64,000 bases of DNA from a virus (taxonomy: Duplodnaviria; Caudoviricetes): the IMG/VR virus record IMGVR_UViG_3300035670_000187, positions 1,697 to 65,696 of that record, one strand, 5' to 3'. The notes beneath the pieces were generated by a model that was not told the DNA's origin, searched no databases, and saw only the letters and a list, made by a program, of their open reading frames with translations. Below are positions 21,701 through 29,722 of this stretch, piece by piece (position 1 is the first letter of the stretch; each line of letters begins with the position of its first letter). A program made the translations under genes and the position numbers.

Positions 21701-23007
21701 ATATTCCAGCTCCAGATGATACAACAGAATTGTCTGTTGACTATTATTTACCTAGAATTGACAAACTTGTATTAAGTAAAGATAAAGAGTTTAGAGTCAT
21801 CACTGGTAAATCAGCACCAAGACCTCTTCCACCAGAAGATCTTGATGACGCCATGACTCTCTACCAAATTAACGTTCCTGCATTTGGCGCAGATGTTCGT
21901 GAATTTAATTTAAAATATGTAGACAATCGCCGCCTCACTATGCGTGATCTAGCTAACCTTCAAAAGAGAGTTGAAAGTCTTGAATTTTACACTTCGTTTA
22001 ATAATGTTGAATTGTTAGCATTAAGCGACAAAACAGCCTATGAAGATGGAACTGAAAAAGAAAAATTTGGTATAGTGGGTGAAAATTTCAGTAACTTTAA
22101 TATTGCTGATTATAAGAGCCCAGAGTTTGGTGTTGCACTAGATAGTGGATTCATGATGCCATCTGCATTAACTGAAATTTATGGGTTTAGAAATATTGCT
22201 ACATCCTTCACCAAGAAAAATAAAAAGACTATCACGTTAAACTATACAGAAACGCCAGCAATTACACAAGGTGTGGCTTCTAATAATGCTGTTTCAGTGC
22301 AGCCATTCCTATTTGGCTCGTTTAATGGCACACTAGAACTTGCACCTGAAACTGACTATTGGGTCAATGAGTCTTTGAAACCTGAAATTATTTCTGTTCC
22401 TGAAAGAATTATTGAACATCATCATGTGATTCGTGAAATCATCATTGAGCCCACACCACCTCCAACAATTATTAACAAGTATTACACAACGAACGTGGTG
22501 AATCAAATTATTACAGCACCAGGAAATGATCCTGTTGATCCACCACCTAGTGACAGACCACCACCTGATCCGCCACCATCGCCTCCTGTTGTTCCACCAA
22601 CACCTGAACCACCAGTTCAGCCACCTCCGCCTCCGCCTCCGCCTCCGCCAGAGGAAGACCCTATCTACACGATACTTCCAGTTATAGAGCCTATTAAATT
22701 TGAATTTGATCCATGTTTCTCATTCGGCGTCAATTTCACATTTGGTGTCACTGGTGCTGGAAGTAGACCTAATTGCGCTCACGGAGGAATGTGGGGTAAA
22801 GGTGGCTTAACTGATTTTTGGTTCCCACCAATTGATATAGATAAGAATATTGAACCAACTCCACCAGTGCTAGAAGCACCAAATCCAACCAAAACTACAC
22901 CAATTAATATCGTTGGTAGAGGCGGTGGCGGTGGCGATGTGCGCGGTGGTATTGGAGTTGGAAGAGCAGGTGATGATGCTTTAAATCGCGATTTTGGTTT
23001 TAAATAA
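18736..23007 (+). CDS. VrlC-like large structural protein, N-terminal part, with Pro-rich C-terminus
   Basis: FNVDPYYDDF, LFKPGFAVQARELTQIQSILQNQI, APGADR, LARRTFDESGDY, PGKAYVKGFE, DFRP, YYLPRIDKL. Confidence 0.85.
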   Translation: MQFNVDPYYDDFEQNALDNNYMRLLFKPGFAVQARELTQIQSILQNQIKQFGDHVFQDGSPVIGGNLTLDNKVQFLRLEETFNNEDVDVELFNGKVVRSLDGTVQAKVLTTFFPTDGVPTLLVKYITGNEFTDASNVRVAGTTTEAKMVSANSTGAGLVCSINEGVFYVDGFFVKVNDQTTAVNPYGVTANVKIGLEISDDIVDSVVDTTLLDPAQGSFNYQAPGADRYQYNLTLTTRPLDTAVDESQFFELMRVENGVITKQVKYPVYAELEKTLARRTFDESGDYVVRPFRATINDGANANNYVLSVEPGKAYVKGFEFETIGTLKVTAPKPRSAADIKSFVDIDVDTSYGNFIYVTSLRGSSNGFINIAALEKVDVHLGKSSCIFTNGAGNGTANAFVYANTKIGTARIKNIVRQNPDLFNTTTDSNGVYKLYLTDVNIQPKVLKVKEISPNAQTIVLTTDFCANVNNFINVSVTILPVRLDPVANVNVANVFINSYRLNANSAVANVFNSNVAPGSVIRVADMVREVVSVNTSGDFLTVNRAWDKTIVATSSTTNPLSVFVQSAYTQNVSGQSRVITAAANNGGANLHFYTDRPFDNEGVPDANTVVQFNFGVKDAKSFCSGPVVSNGLALFANATMNVALQSTLITNESFIDDPKRNQLIFKLPATFVRRTSLNNTDYVHSKYIADRSNTGNPGEFTVAQGSGLENFETIAWADSTSAIQDNLIFVVRDGRGNVSYPNGSVVQLTAANVTLSGSPVNTITIDTGVPDIIKADIILNVKENDAEDKIRRKVFMQNTQPTVDPFTYPTSNSSTSNTEVSLPNLDHVASIDVANGFIWLTNPTYNAVNPGDSISLFVPDVVRVRRVIAGNTTNVPDADNATDITNRFFIDYGQRDDKYEHTKLVLRSGFDSPNAKLLVHVDFYQHIYATGANVSFFSAESYDQTLYDNGSIPIYTSQDGTIYYLRDCLDFRPTQPIGDTAASFTVPNIPAPDDTTELSVDYYLPRIDKLVLSKDKEFRVITGKSAPRPLPPEDLDDAMTLYQINVPAFGADVREFNLKYVDNRRLTMRDLANLQKRVESLEFYTSFNNVELLALSDKTAYEDGTEKEKFGIVGENFSNFNIADYKSPEFGVALDSGFMMPSALTEIYGFRNIATSFTKKNKKTITLNYTETPAITQGVASNNAVSVQPFLFGSFNGTLELAPETDYWVNESLKPEIISVPERIIEHHHVIREIIIEPTPPPTIINKYYTTNVVNQIITAPGNDPVDPPPSDRPPPDPPPSPPVVPPTPEPPVQPPPPPPPPPPEEDPIYTILPVIEPIKFEFDPCFSFGVNFTFGVTGAGSRPNCAHGGMWGKGGLTDFWFPPIDIDKNIEPTPPVLEAPNPTKTTPINIVGRGGGGGDVRGGIGVGRAGDDALNRDFGFK
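22450..22660 (+). repeat. Proline-rich low-complexity coding tract including a (CCTCCG)n run
   Basis: PTPPP...DPPPSDRPPPDPPPSPPVVPPTPEPPVQ followed by a poly-Pro run at 22621-22650. Confidence 0.85.
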
Positions 23008-23037
23008 AGTATTAGCAACAATTAGGTAACATGAGTT

Positions 23038-26000
23038 ATGCCAAATAATCTAACAACAAATTTCGGAAAAGTTGTCGTAGACACAAGTCTAGTTCCATAC
23101 ATCAGAAGTCGTGATGTGGAATTTACTGCACGAAATTTAAAGCCATATAAATTGTCAAAGATTTTCTTTGATGATATTGCTGTAAATGCATTTTGTCAGG
23201 TCGGCAACAAAATTGTTTTAGATTCTAAAAAAATTGTAACCGTTTCAAGAAATAACTCAACAACTATTGCTACAAGCGATATAGCTTATCAAGGCACTTC
23301 AAATACTGTTAACACTTTTAATGCTGTTGTTGATGCATGGTATACAAGTAATTCTACTATTGTTCTTCGTTCATTATCTGGCAATTTCGATGAAGAAGCT
23401 CAATTGTTTATTGAAGCTGCAACATCTCACGATGGACTAACTATTGGCGATACTTTTGCTAACTGTAATGTCAGCACAGTAATTAATTTCAACACTTCCG
23501 ACACATTTCCGCCAGGAGAAGGTATTCGTTGCCCACAAGGCGGCAACGTTTATGCCAAAGTATTGGCGACATCAGGCGAAAACGTTCTTTACTTGAATCA
23601 AAATTTTGTTACATTAAACGTAACAGCTAATGGTAGTGATGTTCTTTCTTCATTAACGCAAGATTATAAGTTTGGTGACGTTGTATATCAAACTGCTGAT
23701 GGTAGCCAAAATTACTATGCAGCTACATTTAGAGGCACTGTTGAATACTATAACGTTGAAAGCCCAGGAACCTTAGCAATTAAACCAATCGCTGGATCAT
23801 TGCGCAGTAATGCAACCAGTACTAGCGCAAACGCTAATGTTCGTATTTGGAATTCCTCTAACTCTGCTTCTAAACCACTTTGTGCGCAATCGTTTAATGC
23901 TAATAAATTTGAAAGTGGTAATGTTGTAAGCGTTTTAAATTCTGCCAATACCATCAAAATTACTTCTTATATTCACAGATCAGGTGTCTTAGCTAATACG
24001 CTAAATCCTAACACTTCTTCTGTAATTTTATCAGTAAACGATGCATCTAATCATCCTACACTAAATGCTAACTTGATTTATTTTACATCAGGAACAGGTG
24101 TAGGCGAAGTAAAACGTATTATTAGTATCAGCGGTAGAGAGGCAACTCTTAACTCCGCTTTAACCTCTGGCTATGATTCCGCTACACATTATTCTGTTGG
24201 CAATTTTATAGTTGACGAATATGGTACTGAAACGGGTATTTTTCATATTCCATCATTCCCAGGATATAAGTTTAAAACAGGAAATCGTTTATTAACGATT
24301 ACTGACACAAATACTTACAATGATCCAGACTATGGGATGAGAGCTGCAGCTACTTATGCTGCTTCTGGTTTGTTGAAGACAACACAAAATATTCAAACAA
24401 CGCCAACTCTTCCACCATTTCCAGAAGTTGATGCCGACAATCTTGTTGCTCCAATTAATCCTGCTGATAGATCATACAGCTCAAGTGGTTCTAAGAGTCC
24501 AATTACAGGTTCAACAGCCTCCACTACACCGAGAATTCCATTGGGCGATGGTTTGTCTCAAACATTCTTCTCGCCTAAACCACTCAGCAACAAACAAGAT
24601 TATGGTATTTTCGTGACATCGGTGGATCTCTTCTTTAGAAGTAAACCTAGTGTTGCACTAGGCAGTATGCAGTTACCTGTAACCGTAAAAATCGCTGAAG
24701 TTTCTAACGGTTATCCAACTAAGAAATATTTGGCAGCAAAGACAATTCAAGCCAAAGATGTAAAAATCTCAAGTATTCCTAGCGTGACAGACGCATCAAC
24801 TCTTACTAAGTTTACATTTGACGATCCTGTTTATTTGGAACCTAATAGAGAATATGCGCTTATTATTGGATCAGATTCTCCAGATTATGAATTATTCATT
24901 GCTGAATTAGGACAAGAAGTGTTGGGTGCTGCGCAGCCAAGAAGAATTTCAGAACAACCTTACGCTGGTTCACTATTCCGTTCGCAAAATAGTTCTACTT
25001 GGACAGCGTATCAAAATCAAGATTTGATGTTTAGAATCAATAAAGCTGTTTTTGCGACTTCAGGTACAGCAACGTTTAACTTGGAAGAAGCACCAGTAAC
25101 AACGACTGCAGTTGATAAATTTGTTCTATCATCCGCTGATCTTCGTTTCCCTGTTGGCGCAGTAGATTATCGTGTTCGTGGCGTTTATACCGCAGACTCT
25201 ACCAATGATTCTGGAGTTTTGTCTGTTCCATATTCAGTTATAGAATATGGAGTATTGCAAGATAAATCTAGTGCTGTAAGCACCAACAGAAGAAAAATGA
25301 TCGGGGGCAATTCTAACAGTGTTGTTACAACTGTCGAAATGTCTTCTTCAGATCCAGATGTTTCTCCTGTAGTTAATTTAGAACGTTTAGCTCTTACTAC
25401 GTTCCTTTATAACATTAATAATGCTGGATTATCGAATAATGTAATAGCGATAACCAACAAAGGTTCAGGTTATTCTAACACTGGTCCAGCAAATACTTCT
25501 AAAGTTAATATGAGTGGAAACTCTTTTAATGTGGTAATTGGAAGTTCTAACACAACATTGAATAACTTCGCGCAAATTTATCGTGAAACTTATTACCCAT
25601 ACCCTACCTACAATGTCGGTTTCTATAACTTAGAAATAACAAATTCAGGAAACGACAGTGGCTCGGGAGCAACAGGTTTTGCTGTCGCTAATACTGACGG
25701 ATTGAACACTGTCAATCATATTGTAATGATGACCCCTGGAAGTGGTTATCTAGAAACACCTACAGCAACAGTTGCTGGTGGCGCTAATACTGTATCGAAT
25801 ACTCAAGCCTTTGTTACATGTTCTGGTGAAACAAGTAAATCTGGTGGTAATATCCGTGCTAAGTATATCACACGCGAAATTGTTTTGGAAGATGGATTTG
25901 AATCAGGTGACATTCGCGTGTATATGGATGCCATTCGTCCAGCGCCTGTCGATATTCAAGTTTACTATAAAGTTTTATCTGGCGATGATGTTGATCGTAT

Positions 26001-26250
26001 TTCAGATAAATCATGGCGTCGTATGGAAAAATTAAAAGATATCTATTCGCGTAATGCTAGAACTTTAATTGGATTAGAATTTAGACCATCCATAACTGAG
26101 AATAGAATTTCATACACTGAAAATGGCGTTTCATATCCTATCGGCGGTAAATTTAAACAATTCCAAATTAAAGTTTGCTTACTCAGCCCAGACCCAGCTT
26201 TGGTTCCTAAAATTCGTAATCTTCGTATTATAGCAACGCCTGAGGGATAA
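23038..26250 (+). CDS. VrlC-like large structural protein, C-terminal part
   Basis: PYIRSRDVEF.ARNLKP, F.TG.R, LSQTF, GIFVTSVDLFF, FTFDDPVYL, QPYAGSLFRSQNSSTWT..QNQDLMF, KYITR, FKQFQIK, LRIIA. Confidence 0.85.
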   Translation: MPNNLTTNFGKVVVDTSLVPYIRSRDVEFTARNLKPYKLSKIFFDDIAVNAFCQVGNKIVLDSKKIVTVSRNNSTTIATSDIAYQGTSNTVNTFNAVVDAWYTSNSTIVLRSLSGNFDEEAQLFIEAATSHDGLTIGDTFANCNVSTVINFNTSDTFPPGEGIRCPQGGNVYAKVLATSGENVLYLNQNFVTLNVTANGSDVLSSLTQDYKFGDVVYQTADGSQNYYAATFRGTVEYYNVESPGTLAIKPIAGSLRSNATSTSANANVRIWNSSNSASKPLCAQSFNANKFESGNVVSVLNSANTIKITSYIHRSGVLANTLNPNTSSVILSVNDASNHPTLNANLIYFTSGTGVGEVKRIISISGREATLNSALTSGYDSATHYSVGNFIVDEYGTETGIFHIPSFPGYKFKTGNRLLTITDTNTYNDPDYGMRAAATYAASGLLKTTQNIQTTPTLPPFPEVDADNLVAPINPADRSYSSSGSKSPITGSTASTTPRIPLGDGLSQTFFSPKPLSNKQDYGIFVTSVDLFFRSKPSVALGSMQLPVTVKIAEVSNGYPTKKYLAAKTIQAKDVKISSIPSVTDASTLTKFTFDDPVYLEPNREYALIIGSDSPDYELFIAELGQEVLGAAQPRRISEQPYAGSLFRSQNSSTWTAYQNQDLMFRINKAVFATSGTATFNLEEAPVTTTAVDKFVLSSADLRFPVGAVDYRVRGVYTADSTNDSGVLSVPYSVIEYGVLQDKSSAVSTNRRKMIGGNSNSVVTTVEMSSSDPDVSPVVNLERLALTTFLYNINNAGLSNNVIAITNKGSGYSNTGPANTSKVNMSGNSFNVVIGSSNTTLNNFAQIYRETYYPYPTYNVGFYNLEITNSGNDSGSGATGFAVANTDGLNTVNHIVMMTPGSGYLETPTATVAGGANTVSNTQAFVTCSGETSKSGGNIRAKYITREIVLEDGFESGDIRVYMDAIRPAPVDIQVYYKVLSGDDVDRISDKSWRRMEKLKDIYSRNARTLIGLEFRPSITENRISYTENGVSYPIGGKFKQFQIKVCLLSPDPALVPKIRNLRIIATPEG

Positions 26251-26251
26251 T

Positions 26252-26479
26252 ATGTCTGATCGTGCTAGAATTATAGATCATCCTAATTATATAAAGGATA
26301 TGAGCAATTTCGCTATTTTGAATACGAACAAGTCAGCCGTAGCAAAACATGAACAAAAAATGGCTGAATTGAAAAGAGTAAAGCAAACAGAAGAAGAGAT
26401 AAATAATCTTAAATCTGAGGTTTCTGAAATAAAAACAATGCTTTCCAAAATTTTACGTGCCGTTGAAGGCGAGAAATAG
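26252..26479 (+). CDS. Small coiled-coil virion-associated protein
   Basis: KD.SN.AILNTN...EINNLKSEVSEIKTML; type usually found after VrlC-like genes in T4-like phages. Confidence 0.75.
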   Translation: MSDRARIIDHPNYIKDMSNFAILNTNKSAVAKHEQKMAELKRVKQTEEEINNLKSEVSEIKTMLSKILRAVEGEK

Positions 26480-26481
26480 AA

Positions 26482-28914
26482 ATGGCAAATACAACAAACG
26501 TTGGAATTATAGATACAGCTAATACGTTCAATCATTGGCGTATTCGCGATAACCTCATTGCAAATGATGTAAATGAGATTGTTCGTGGCGATTTTACCAA
26601 ACCTAGCGGAAACATTATCATAGAAGGTAGTGGCACTGGTCAAGGTCGTTTAGTAATCAATAATTCAACTGGCGGTATTACATTTCAGGTTAAAGATGAT
26701 GCGCGTATTGACAATTTGTTGTCAGTAGATACTATTGAATCAGATGACGACGGTCATGTTTATTTGGCTGCTGGCGATATTACCATGGGCAATCGTGCAG
26801 CTGGCGGTCTATTTCAAGCAAATATTAACACCAATTTTAATTCAGCTTATGTCGCATTTTCGAACGATACGGTTGGCTTAATTAATGTTAACACACGCAC
26901 TTTAATTGTTAATACTGCTAACGCACTATTTCAAAATAACAATCCTGGTGCAACATTAAATGTAAACGTTTACTCTACAACATTTTATGGAACTAATGTC
27001 GCAGTTGATAACACATCATCAGGAACACTTATTGTTACCAACAGACTAACGCACGTCAATTCTGGAAACATCTACTTTGGTAACACAGATGTAGAAGCAA
27101 CTTTTAACGTTCTCACACAAAATACGAATTTTTTGGGTCCTAATGTAAACTTTGATAATACTTCTGTTGGCACAATTAACGTTGACAATAGAATTGTTCA
27201 AATCAATACACCAAATGTAATCTTAACTAATACAAGTGCTACTGCTACGTTTAATGTATTCCCAAATACATTTTTCCACGGTGGCTCAGTAAATGTTGCA
27301 AATACAACTGAACAAGCTATAGTTCACATCACACCAAACACTACATTCTTCACTAATGTAACAGTTCAAGGCACAGAAGATGTAATCAGTGATTTTAGAG
27401 TTAACACCAATAAATTTACAGTAACAGCATCCAGTGGTGATACTGTTGTAGCTGGAGATTTAACTGTACAGGGTGGAGATATTATTTCTTCTACTGCTGA
27501 AATGAACTTGGTTAACTCGACAGCTACAACTGTTAATTTCGCTAACGCTGCAACAACACTCAGAATGGGCGCAGCAGCAGGAACAATATTTGTTGGCGGC
27601 GATTTACAGGTTGAAGGTAATGATATTAAATCTTCAACTGGAGCAGCTGCGCTATCACTATCCGCAACAGACGTAACAGTTGCAGGCGACTTGACTGTTT
27701 CTGGTGGAGATATTATCTCTACAGCTACAGCAAATTTGGTGAATACTAGCGTCACAGCAGTAAATCTTGGTGGTGCTGCTGCAACAGTTCGTATCGGTTC
27801 AACTACTGGAAATACTGTTGCAAGAAATGATCTAATCATTGATGGCAACACAAGTATTGGCACAGATCTATCAGTCAGCGGTAAATTGGGTCTTGGAACT
27901 GCAACACCTAACTCTACGCTTACTGTACTGGGTAATGTTTGGATCACCAATGGTGGTAATGTTACTGGAACTCTAAACGTTACTTCAGCAAATATTATTA
28001 GCGCAGCAATAGAATCTTTAACACTTGTAAATCCTATCCAAGGACAAACTGAACTAGGAACCAATTCATTCCGACTTCGCGTTGGTCAAACAACGAGAGA
28101 AACAGGTCAAATTGGTGTATTTTTAGGAAGTGCGGCTAATGGTAATGCATGGATAGCCTTTGATACTGCACCTACAGGTGGCGCTAATGTATGGCGTGTA
28201 ACTGCTAATAGCACAGAAGGAACATACTATACATTGATTACGATGCAAAACGTCGTAGCGACAACTTCTAACACCAGTACCATTTATGTTGCTGCAGCTA
28301 ATACTGTAAATACATTGAATACTTTAATGGGAACAACGTTTACAACGTTGAACACCTCAGCTGCAACTCAAAATACATGGATCAATAATCTTAATACGGC
28401 AACAAGCACTATTAATAGTCACTTAGGAACTATTAACACAACTTTTAGCACTGTTAACACGACCTTCGGTACTGTTAACACAACTTTTGGTACTGTCAAT
28501 ACAACTTTTGGCACTTTAAATACTAACATTACCAATATTACAACTGGTGCTACACCAACAACTCTCAGAGGATACAATGAGGGTGTAAATACAGCAACAG
28601 TTACAGGTGGTACGTTCGTTTGTAATTTAACAGGTAACAATGTGTTTGATTTAACGTTACAATCATCAACCACAACTATTACCTTTACAAATGCTGCAAC
28701 AAGTGGGTTTTCTAAACCAGCCACGTTGATTTTACGACAACCATCATCTTCAGCTAATACAGTAACTTTTGCTAATACAATTAACTGGAGCGATAATGAA
28801 GTTCCAGTATTGTCTAGCGGAATAGCTAAAAAACTTGATATCATCACTGTTATGTCTCTCAATGGCGCAATATTCTTTGGCTCACACGTAATGGCTAACG
28901 TATCATATCCATAA
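26482..28914 (+). CDS. Tail fibre protein
   Basis: N-terminal ANTFNHWR..DN, GDLTV.GGDI repeats, heptad stalk, C-terminal NVFDLTL...LILRQ...W..PVLS..DII domain. Confidence 0.8.
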   Translation: MANTTNVGIIDTANTFNHWRIRDNLIANDVNEIVRGDFTKPSGNIIIEGSGTGQGRLVINNSTGGITFQVKDDARIDNLLSVDTIESDDDGHVYLAAGDITMGNRAAGGLFQANINTNFNSAYVAFSNDTVGLINVNTRTLIVNTANALFQNNNPGATLNVNVYSTTFYGTNVAVDNTSSGTLIVTNRLTHVNSGNIYFGNTDVEATFNVLTQNTNFLGPNVNFDNTSVGTINVDNRIVQINTPNVILTNTSATATFNVFPNTFFHGGSVNVANTTEQAIVHITPNTTFFTNVTVQGTEDVISDFRVNTNKFTVTASSGDTVVAGDLTVQGGDIISSTAEMNLVNSTATTVNFANAATTLRMGAAAGTIFVGGDLQVEGNDIKSSTGAAALSLSATDVTVAGDLTVSGGDIISTATANLVNTSVTAVNLGGAAATVRIGSTTGNTVARNDLIIDGNTSIGTDLSVSGKLGLGTATPNSTLTVLGNVWITNGGNVTGTLNVTSANIISAAIESLTLVNPIQGQTELGTNSFRLRVGQTTRETGQIGVFLGSAANGNAWIAFDTAPTGGANVWRVTANSTEGTYYTLITMQNVVATTSNTSTIYVAAANTVNTLNTLMGTTFTTLNTSAATQNTWINNLNTATSTINSHLGTINTTFSTVNTTFGTVNTTFGTVNTTFGTLNTNITNITTGATPTTLRGYNEGVNTATVTGGTFVCNLTGNNVFDLTLQSSTTTITFTNAATSGFSKPATLILRQPSSSANTVTFANTINWSDNEVPVLSSGIAKKLDIITVMSLNGAIFFGSHVMANVSYP
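28423..28524 (+). repeat. 21-bp heptad tandem repeat (TFGTVNT)
   Basis: LGTINT TFSTVNT TFGTVNT TFGTVNT TFGTLNT. Confidence 0.85.
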
Positions 28915-28929
28915 TTTAAGAGGTGAAAA

Positions 28930-29337
28930 ATGGAAGGTTCTAATGTAGTTTCAATTCACAAAAATCGCGTTGACACATTTGAAGGTGTGTTAAAAGCGTA
29001 TCGAGAAAAAATTACCAAAATTAATGCTGTAGACAATATTCAGGTGTTAGATTTAAAAGCATCAAATATTTTTCATATCACACTAAGAAAAAATATTATA
29101 AATATTGCTTTTGATAATTTACCTGAGGCTGATCACAGCTATTCTTGCACAATTATTTTAAAACAAGATAACATGGGCAACAGAAAAGTGGTATTTCCAG
29201 AAAACGTATTTTGGTCTTTCGGAGAAGTAGCAATTCTTTCGAATAAACCAGATTACGCAGATGTAATTACATTAATGACATTTGATGGCGGCGAGACGTA
29301 TTATGCATCTCATGCGTTAGCCAATTTAGGACGTTAA
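28930..29337 (+). CDS. Stand-alone paralog of the upstream fibre's C-terminal domain
   Basis: NIFHITL, TIILKQD, VFW...ILS..DVITL, ASHALAN align by eye with NVFDLTL, TLILRQ, INW...VLS..DIITV, GSHVMAN; SD GAGGTG. Confidence 0.75.
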   Translation: MEGSNVVSIHKNRVDTFEGVLKAYREKITKINAVDNIQVLDLKASNIFHITLRKNIINIAFDNLPEADHSYSCTIILKQDNMGNRKVVFPENVFWSFGEVAILSNKPDYADVITLMTFDGGETYYASHALANLGR

Positions 29338-29352
29338 GGAGGTTATTTAAAA

Positions 29353-29700
29353 ATGGCTAATCTAGTTAAAATTAAAAAAGTTCACATCTATACTGCTATG
29401 ACCGAAGATGCTGCAGAATGTTGGAGTGCAGTAAAACTACTCAAAGATAACAATGTTCCAGTAAACCATTTAAACTGGGGCGACGATGCAACACTTTCAG
29501 GGTTGTATGAGTCTCTAGGAACATGGAATTATTATGACGGTGAAAAGTTGTACCACAAATCATTTTCAAAACTTCCTATTATTCATTGGGAATGCGTTTA
29601 TGAGGATGATCTGGTTGTCACAAACGCTGCAGAAGGACTTGAAGAGTTACAAAAATCTGAATTAATGGCTAATCTAGACAAAATTGTTAAACCTGTTTAA
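29353..29700 (+). CDS. Possible glutaredoxin/thioredoxin-fold protein lacking CxxC
   Basis: VHIYT....AECWSAVKLLKDNNVP..HLN and KLPII resemble the Grx beta1-alpha1-beta2 and cis-Pro motifs; strong SD AAGGAGG. Confidence 0.5.
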   Translation: MANLVKIKKVHIYTAMTEDAAECWSAVKLLKDNNVPVNHLNWGDDATLSGLYESLGTWNYYDGEKLYHKSFSKLPIIHWECVYEDDLVVTNAAEGLEELQKSELMANLDKIVKPV

Positions 29701-29722
29701 TAGCAATAAGGTTGCATTTTAA

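Noticed and set aside
23005-23037. Stop-codon readthrough or recoding joining the two VrlC halves
   Set aside because: Same frame, but TAA, TAG and TGA all intervene; all three stops end genes normally elsewhere, so no alternative genetic code
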